From the NCBI GenBank assembly GCA_032654565.1, contig JAULAX010000018.1, positions 32,001 through 96,000 of the forward strand: a stretch of DNA of 64,000 nucleotides, in the 5' to 3' direction. This DNA is from Anaeromyxobacteraceae bacterium (GTDB taxonomy: Bacteria > Myxococcota > Myxococcia > Myxococcales > Anaeromyxobacteraceae). A program made the position numbers and the translations under genes. This document shows, one piece after another, positions 57,893 to 64,000 of this stretch. Position 1 is the stretch's first letter, and every line of letters begins with the position of its first letter. The notes below the pieces were generated by a model. The model did not search any database. It worked only from the letters and a program-made list of their open reading frames with translations, and had not been told where the DNA came from.

Positions 57893-59056
57893 ATGGCGGT
57901 GGTGGTCCAGAAGTACGGCGGCTCCTCGGTCGGCGACGTCGACAAGCTGCGGCGGGTGGCGGCCAAGGTGGCGGCCCGGCGCCGCGGCGGGGACGACCTC
58001 TGCGTGGTGGTCTCGGCCATGGGCGACACCACCGACGACCTGCTCCGCCTGGCCAAGCAGGTCTCGCCCGACCCGCCGCGCCGCGAGCTCGACATGCTGC
58101 TCACCGCCGGGGAGCGGATCTCCATGGCCCTGCTCTCCATGGCGCTGCAGGAGCAGGGGGTCGAGGCCATCAGCTTCACCGGCAGCCAGGCCGGCATCCT
58201 CACCACCGAGGCCCACGCCACCGCCCGCATCCTCGAGGTGCGGCCGACCCGCGTCCGCGAGGAGCTGGCCCGCGGCAAGGTGGTGATCGTGGCCGGCTTC
58301 CAGGGGGTCTCGGCCAGGAAGGAGATCACCACCCTGGGGCGCGGCGGCTCGGACACCACCGCGGTGGCGCTGGCGGCGGCGCTCGGCGCCGACTGCGAGA
58401 TCTACAGCGACGTGGCCGGGGTCTTCACCGCCGACCCGCGGGTGGTCCCGGAAGCGCGGCGCCAGCCCGAGCTCTCCTACGAGGAGATGCAGGCCCTGGC
58501 CCGGGCCGGGGCCAAGGTGCTCAACGCCCAGGCGGTGGAGTTCGCGCGGACCACCGGCATCACCATCCGGGCGCGGAGCAGCTTCGGCGGCGACGAGGAG
58601 ACGGTGGTGCGGGCCGGGCGCGGCGTCGAGCGGATCGCCGGCGTGGCGGTGGAGAAGGAGCTGGCGCTGGTGGACGTCCCGGCGGCGGACGGGGACCGGG
58701 CGCTGGCCCTGCTGGCGGCGGCGCAGGCGCCGGCGACGCCGGTGGAGGGTGGCCCGGGGCGGGTGGTGCTGGCGGTGGCGCTGGAGAACGTCCACGGCTT
58801 CGCGCCGCTGGCCGAGGCGCTGCGGCGCGAGCTCCCCGGGGTGCGGATCACCGCCGAGGGCGTGGGCGCGGTGACGGTGGTGGGGACCGGCGTGGCGGCG
58901 ACGCCGCGGGTGCGCCAGGCGCTGCTCGAGGCGCTGGCCGCGGCCGGGGGCGCGCCGCTGGCCGTCGAGAGCGGACCGCTCCAGGTCACCGTCTACGCCG
59001 AGCAACGACTGCTGGCCGAGCTGGCCCGCCAGGTTCACCATCGGTTGATGGGGTGA
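57893..59056 (+). CDS. lysC: Aspartate kinase
   Basis: [43 protein letters not shown]. Confidence 0.95.
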   Translation: MAVVVQKYGGSSVGDVDKLRRVAAKVAARRRGGDDLCVVVSAMGDTTDDLLRLAKQVSPDPPRRELDMLLTAGERISMALLSMALQEQGVEAISFTGSQAGILTTEAHATARILEVRPTRVREELARGKVVIVAGFQGVSARKEITTLGRGGSDTTAVALAAALGADCEIYSDVAGVFTADPRVVPEARRQPELSYEEMQALARAGAKVLNAQAVEFARTTGITIRARSSFGGDEETVVRAGRGVERIAGVAVEKELALVDVPAADGDRALALLAAAQAPATPVEGGPGRVVLAVALENVHGFAPLAEALRRELPGVRITAEGVGAVTVVGTGVAATPRVRQALLEALAAAGGAPLAVESGPLQVTVYAEQRLLAELARQVHHRLMG

Positions 59057-59259
59057 GGCGCGGCAGGGTGGCGCAGGCGCGGCCGCCGCCGGGGTCCCCG
59101 GGTCACGATGGGCGGGGCGCGGGCGACCCCCGGGTCACGGCGACCGCCACGGGTTCACGGGACGGCGCCGGCCGATCCAGTTGATATCGTGGGCGTCCCA
59201 TCCGGGACCTGCCGGGAACGGGGCTTGCTCGGTAGATCCCCACCGGAGCGGAGGGGGCC

Positions 59260-59409
59260 ATGACCTTGCAGAAAGCCAGTCTCGCGTTGACCAGTGGGAT
59301 CCAGCGCCCCCTGCAGGTCCCTTCCGTGGACGACGCCCGGGCGCGCAGTGGGCGCTCGGTGGCGGTGGTGATCGCCGTGCTGGCCATCCTGGTGATGGTG
59401 GCGCTGTAG
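59260..59409 (+). CDS. Small tail-anchored membrane protein (49 aa)
   Basis: GGAGGGG RBS; MTLQKASL...RSVAVVIAVLAILVMVAL*; below the ORF-track cutoff. Confidence 0.55.
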   Translation: MTLQKASLALTSGIQRPLQVPSVDDARARSGRSVAVVIAVLAILVMVAL

Positions 59410-59484
59410 CCGGCGGCGCCGGCCCGACCCGCGCAGACAAACAGCCCGCGCGGCCGCAGGGATCGGGCCCGTCGAGTGGCGCGC

Positions 59485-60369
59485 TCAGCGCCCCCAGTAG
59501 CCGCTGGCGCCGACGCCGGGGACGTCCTTGCGGAAGTCCATCTTCGGGTCGAGCCTGGCGAAGGTGCACATCTCACTGAGCCGCGAGTAGATCCGGTCGC
59601 CGACCCGCTGCGCCAGCGTCATGGCCTCGGCCTCGGCCCGGAAGTCCGGCGAGCGGGTGTCGCGGCGGCCCGGCTCCGGGGGCGCGCCGCGCGGCTCGAC
59701 GAAGTAGTTGGTGGCGAAGAGCGTGGAGAGGCCGCTGTTGAAGCGGCGGCTGATCAGCTCGTCGAGCATCGACTGCTCCCAGGGGGTGCCGCGCTCCTTG
59801 CCCAGCTCGTCGATGGCCAGCACCGGGACCGAGAGCAGCGGCCGCAGGATCTCCATGTGGCTGCGGCCGGCGCTGAAGCCGTCCTTCATGTCGGAGAGCA
59901 GCAGCATGAACTCGACGTAGCGGCTGGCCACCCCCTTCTCCAGCGCCAGCCAGCGCAGGGTGGAGGCCAGCAGGTGGGTCTTGCCGCCGCCGGGGCGGCC
60001 GTAGAAGAGGAAGCCCCGGGTCGGCTCGTCGCGGCGGAACTTGCGGGCGAAGTCCTCGGCGATCCCCTTGGCCGCCGACTGCTCCGGCGAGTAGAGCCGG
60101 AAGCTCTCGAAGCTGGCGGTGGCGAGCGTGGCCGGGATGCCGATCTGGTTGAAGAGGGCGAGCCGTTCGTCGAGGTGGCGGCAGGCGCAGGCCTGGGCCA
60201 CCGGGCCCGACGGGGAGGGGACCAGCGCGAAGCCGCTGCCGTTGCACCGGGTGCAGCGGGCCTGGCACTCGCAGCGGCGGGCCCGGGCCGGCTTGCCGAG
60301 CACCTGCTCGACCAGGTAGCCGGCGCCGCCGCAGGAGGCGCACGGGGTGCTCTCGACCGGGGTGGACAT
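59485..60369 (-). CDS. DnaC/DnaI/IstB-like AAA+ ATPase with Cys-rich N-terminus
   Basis: CASCGG..CEC..CTRCNG..CAC; ASFESF, GRPGGGKTHL, LAIDELG, ISRRFN, ATN, RIYSRLSEMC. Confidence 0.88.
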   Translation of the reverse strand: MSTPVESTPCASCGGAGYLVEQVLGKPARARRCECQARCTRCNGSGFALVPSPSGPVAQACACRHLDERLALFNQIGIPATLATASFESFRLYSPEQSAAKGIAEDFARKFRRDEPTRGFLFYGRPGGGKTHLLASTLRWLALEKGVASRYVEFMLLLSDMKDGFSAGRSHMEILRPLLSVPVLAIDELGKERGTPWEQSMLDELISRRFNSGLSTLFATNYFVEPRGAPPEPGRRDTRSPDFRAEAEAMTLAQRVGDRIYSRLSEMCTFARLDPKMDFRKDVPGVGASGYWGR

Positions 60370-60383
60370 AGAGGGCGCGGACT

Positions 60384-61058
60384 CTACACCGATCCCCGCA
60401 GGCTGGTCAGCCCGGCCTCGCGGGCGGCGTCGAGCAGGTGGTGGCGCAGCGTCGCGCGGTGGGCGCGGCGGCTGGCGCCCCGCGGGCGGGGGCCGGCCCG
60501 CAGCGCCAGGCGGGGTCCGAGCGAGGCGCGGCGGGGGCGGTCCAGCGAGCCGAGCCAGGCCGAGAGGAGGCGGGCGTCGGCGGCGGCGATGGCCGCCTCC
60601 ACCCGCGCCAGGGTGGCGCCGGGTCCGGCGGCGCCGAGCAGCGCGAGGGCCTCGCGGTAGCCGGCGCGCCAGGCGGGCGGGGCGCCCTCGCCGGCCTCGA
60701 CCAGCCGGGCCCGGGCCGCGGCCAGCCGGGCCTGCGCCGCGGCCGCCTCGGTCGCCGGCGGAGGAGGCGCATCGCCCACGGCGCGGGAGGAGAAGGCGCG
60801 CCACTCGTCCTCGACGGCGTAGCGCAGGGCCCGCAGCGAGCGGGGAGGGCTGGCGCCGGGGGCGCGGCGCTGCAGGAGCTCCTCCCAGCCGAACTTGAGC
60901 CCGCGCAGCACCACCGCCACCGGGAGGCCGCGCCGCTCCCAGCCGGCGATCAGCTCCTGGTCGAGCGGGGAGACCATCAACCCCTTGCCGGAGAGGCCGA
61001 GGAAGTACTCGGCCACCACCAGCTGGTAGGAGAGGTCTCCCGGGGCGAGGTCCGACAT
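60384..61058 (-). CDS. Hypothetical protein with DnaD-like N-terminal domain
   Basis: MVSPLDQELIAGWERRGLPVAVVLRGL...SLR...YAV resembles DnaD/DnaB_2; directly upstream of the DnaC-like gene. Confidence 0.6.
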   Translation of the reverse strand: MSDLAPGDLSYQLVVAEYFLGLSGKGLMVSPLDQELIAGWERRGLPVAVVLRGLKFGWEELLQRRAPGASPPRSLRALRYAVEDEWRAFSSRAVGDAPPPPATEAAAAQARLAAARARLVEAGEGAPPAWRAGYREALALLGAAGPGATLARVEAAIAAADARLLSAWLGSLDRPRRASLGPRLALRAGPRPRGASRRAHRATLRHHLLDAAREAGLTSLRGSV

Positions 61059-61278
61059 GCTTCGGAGTCTAGCGGAGGAGGGTGACGGGGGGCGGGCCCG
61101 CCCCGGCCAGGCCGACGGGGGCGCGAGCGCAAGATCCAGGTTCGTCACCAAGATGACACAATCTCGAATTACCCAACTCCATCAGCCGGTTGTGTCTGTC
61201 GATTCGCCTGGTGCCCCGGTCGTGGGTGGCCTGGACGGCTTGTCCGGGGTCAAGTCCGGAGTGGATAGGGAGTTCCGG

Positions 61279-62151
61279 GTGAATTCAACGGTCTTGGTGA
61301 CAGGGGTGGGGGGGCCGGCAGGTCGGGCCGGCGCCGCCTATTTTGCGGGGCGGGGTTACCGGGTCGTCGGCACCGACGTCCGCGAGGTCGAGTCGCCCGC
61401 CACCGTCTTCCGCCGGGTGCCGCTGGCGCGCGACCCGGCCTACACCGCCGCGCTGGTCGACCTGGCCGTGGCCGAGGGGGCGGCGCTGGTGGTCCCCACG
61501 GTGAGCGAGGAGCTCCCGGTGGTGGCGCGGATCCGCCCGCTGCTGCGCAAGCGCGCCATCGCCGTGGCCACCTCCGAGTCCCTGGGCGTCGACGTCGCCA
61601 ACGACAAGCTGCTCACCGCCCGGGCGCTCATCAAGGCGGGCGTGGCCGCCCCGGCCACCTGCCCGGGGAGCCTGGCCGGCACCGAGGCGGCGCGGCAGCT
61701 CGGCCTGCCGCTGCTCTCCAAGCCCCGCTTCGGCCGGGGAGGGCGCGGGGTGCTGGTCCACCGCACCCTCGCCGACCTGGCGCGCGTCGGCGGCGACGAG
61801 GTGGTCTGGCAGGCCTTCCTGCCGGGCGAGGAGTTCGACGTGAACCTCTACCTGGAGCGCGACGGCCGGGCCCCCGCGGCGGTGGTCCTGCGCAAGACCG
61901 GGCTGAGGGAGGGGGAGGTGGGGAACGCCACCGGCGTCGAGCGGGTCGAACGCCCCGATCTCGCCGCCCTGGCCGTCGCCGCCGCCCGGGCCCTCTGGCT
62001 CGAGGGGCCGCTCGACGTCGACATCCGCATCGGCCGGGACGGCGCCGCCGCGGTGCTTGAGATCAACGCCCGCCTGGGCGCCAACGTGCTCACCGCGCGC
62101 GAGGTGCTGGACGCCCTCGACGACGCCTGGAGGAATGGACGATGCGCCTGA
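61279..62151 (+). CDS. ATP-grasp domain protein
   Basis: VLVTGVGG, VPTVSEEL, NDKL.T, KPRFGRGGRGV, FLPGEEF, LEINARLG. Confidence 0.88.
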   Translation: MNSTVLVTGVGGPAGRAGAAYFAGRGYRVVGTDVREVESPATVFRRVPLARDPAYTAALVDLAVAEGAALVVPTVSEELPVVARIRPLLRKRAIAVATSESLGVDVANDKLLTARALIKAGVAAPATCPGSLAGTEAARQLGLPLLSKPRFGRGGRGVLVHRTLADLARVGGDEVVWQAFLPGEEFDVNLYLERDGRAPAAVVLRKTGLREGEVGNATGVERVERPDLAALAVAAARALWLEGPLDVDIRIGRDGAAAVLEINARLGANVLTAREVLDALDDAWRNGRCA

Positions 62152-63191
62152 CCCTCGCCGCCTGTGCCCTGCTGCTCCTCGCCGGCCCCGCCGCCGCCGC
62201 CGAGGACCTGGACAAGGGGCTGACCGCCCGCGCCTGGCTGGGCGGCACCGAGCCGGGCACCTCCAAGCAGGCGGTGGAGGCGCAGCTCGGCTACGCCGGG
62301 TTCGAGCGGCTGCAGCTGCAGGCCGGCGCCGGCTGGACCGACAACATCTTCTATTCGGCGTCCAAGGCCTACGCGACCGCCTACTTCGACTACGCGCCCG
62401 GCTCCTACCTGAAGGGCGATCTCTCGCTGCGCCGCTACCTCTACTCCGGCGCCAACCGGCCCACCCCCGACTCCAGCGCCTACGACCTGGTCCCGCGCGG
62501 CGAGGTGGAGGTCTCGCACCGCTTCGGCGAGGTGGTCCGCGCCGGGCTCGCCTACCAGCTCTTCGCCCCGGACTTCTTCTACGACCAGGCCACGCGCATC
62601 GTGAACCACAAGCTCACCGCCGAGGTGGAGCTCCAGCTGGGCCAGGGCTTCTCGGTGAGCGGCATGGCCGCCATGCTCATCGACCCCGACCCGGCCCGCA
62701 CCACCATCAAGGATCGGCCGCTGCCCGGCGCCGCCCCGGGGACCACCTGCACGCCGGGGGTGGCCGCGGCGGGCTGCGCGCTCACCACCCACGTCATCAC
62801 CCGCCAGGAGCTGCTGCTGGGCGCCGGCGGGGCCTACCGGACCGGGCTGTTCACCGCCAGCCTCCGCTACATCCCCAACCGCGACCTCGACTCCGGCTTC
62901 GCCTGGTCGATCCTCTCCGGGCTGGAGCTCCGGCCGGCCGACCGGATCGCCATCGACCTGCAGTGGATCCTCGACCGGTACGCCGCCGCCTCCGGCCCCA
63001 CCTTCGCCGGCAAGAACGGGCACATCGTCTGGGCGCGGGCCCGCTACCAGCTCACCCCGGCGCTGGCCCTGGGCGGCGGCCTCAAATACGTGAACAACCC
63101 CAGCCCGGCCAGCACCAGCGCCGCGGCCGGGTCTCGCGCCGACGCCACCCTGCTGCTCGACGTCGAGTGGCGCACCGGGCTGCTGCACTAG
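62142..63191 (+). CDS. Putative outer-membrane beta-barrel protein
   Basis: Signal peptide (AAAA-ED); aromatic amphipathic strands. Confidence 0.7.
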   Translation: MRLTLAACALLLLAGPAAAAEDLDKGLTARAWLGGTEPGTSKQAVEAQLGYAGFERLQLQAGAGWTDNIFYSASKAYATAYFDYAPGSYLKGDLSLRRYLYSGANRPTPDSSAYDLVPRGEVEVSHRFGEVVRAGLAYQLFAPDFFYDQATRIVNHKLTAEVELQLGQGFSVSGMAAMLIDPDPARTTIKDRPLPGAAPGTTCTPGVAAAGCALTTHVITRQELLLGAGGAYRTGLFTASLRYIPNRDLDSGFAWSILSGLELRPADRIAIDLQWILDRYAAASGPTFAGKNGHIVWARARYQLTPALALGGGLKYVNNPSPASTSAAAGSRADATLLLDVEWRTGLLH

Positions 63192-63199
63192 GGATCCCG

Positions 63200-64000
63200 G
63201 TGGCGCGCCGCCTCCCCCCCGCCGCGCTCCTCGCGGCCGTCCTGCTGGCCGCCGCCCCGGCCTCGGCCCAGCGTGGGACGCCCCGGGGGGCGGCCAGCGT
63301 CTCCACGCCCCCGCCGGAGGTCGGCACCTCGGCCGCCAAGGTGGAGGGGCTGCGCCGCTACGGGCGCACCCTCACGCAGGCGCGCCGGTTCGACGACGCC
63401 ATCCGCGCCTACCAGCGGCTCCTGGCCTTCGTCCCCGGGGACGTCGAGACGCTGGGACAGCTCGGCCAGCTGCTGGCCTGGGGTGGGCGCTACGACGAGG
63501 CCATCGTCCACTACCGCGAGGCCCTGGCGCGTCGCCCGGCCGACGCCGCGCTCCAGAGCGATCTCGCCGACACGCTCACCTTCGCCAAGCGGTTCGACGA
63601 GGCGGAGCGGCTCTACGGGGAGGTGCTGGGGAAGCGGCCGGACTACCACGAGGCGCTCAAGGGGCTGGCCCGGGTGCGCCTGCTGCGCGGCGACGCCGAC
63701 GGGGCGGCCCCGGTGCTGGAGCGGGCGCTCCGGCTCTACCCCCGGGACGTCGACCTCTACCGCGACCAGGCCCGCCTCCTCTCCCAGCAGGGGAAGCTGG
63801 ACGCGGCGCTCCGGGCGATCCAGTCGGCGGCCCTGCTGGCCCCAGGGGACCTCGAGGTGCGCCGCCTGCTGGCCGAGACCCAGCAGCGGCGCCAGGACTG
63901 GCCGGCCGCGGTCGAGGCCTGGTCGGAGGTGGTCCGGCTCGACCCGGAGTCGGCCCAGGCCCAGGTGGCGCTGGGGCGGGCCTACCTGGCGCAAGGCCGG
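63200..64000 (+). CDS. Exported TPR-repeat protein; runs off the right edge
   Basis: Not in the ORF track. GTG 63200, signal ending PASAQ, then TPRs: RFDDAIRAYQRLL, GRYDEAIVHYREAL, RFDEAERLYGEVL. Confidence 0.85.
   Translation, partial: MARRLPPAALLAAVLLAAAPASAQRGTPRGAASVSTPPPEVGTSAAKVEGLRRYGRTLTQARRFDDAIRAYQRLLAFVPGDVETLGQLGQLLAWGGRYDEAIVHYREALARRPADAALQSDLADTLTFAKRFDEAERLYGEVLGKRPDYHEALKGLARVRLLRGDADGAAPVLERALRLYPRDVDLYRDQARLLSQQGKLDAALRAIQSAALLAPGDLEVRRLLAETQQRRQDWPAAVEAWSEVVRLDPESAQAQVALGRAYLAQGR

Noticed and set aside
59485..60369. IS21 element suggested by the IstB-like ATPase
   Set aside because: No IstA DDE transposase or terminal repeats; the Zn-finger N-terminus fits DnaC/DnaI better.

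Overview
Very GC-rich bacterial DNA. Gene content suggests Myxococcota (Anaeromyxobacter-like); this is inference, not a database match. About 1-48 kb is an accessory region: CoA/lipid-handling enzymes, gshA, three ABC modules, an RND pump, TetR/LysR regulators and gene remnants. 48.4-51.6 kb is an island of three toxin-antitoxin modules, each preceded by the same direct repeat, which resembles a degenerate tRNA-Pro. 51.6-64 kb is core-like: groESL with CIRCE, rpoZ, aspartate kinase, a DnaD-like/DnaC-like pair and the start of an ATP-grasp/OM-barrel/TPR operon. Highlights: (1) a PrdB/GrdB-like selenoprotein split in the ORF track, with in-frame UGA in a UxxC motif and a SECIS-like hairpin; (2) a coupled operon of ECF sigma, ZAS anti-sigma and an exported caspase fused to a putative beta-barrel; (3) the repeat-delimited TA array; (4) a small RHH-like regulator whose apparent operator recurs at a second, identically built leaderless promoter; (5) a highly structured 25.5-25.8 kb intergenic region. 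All family calls come from reading motifs by eye; no searches were run.
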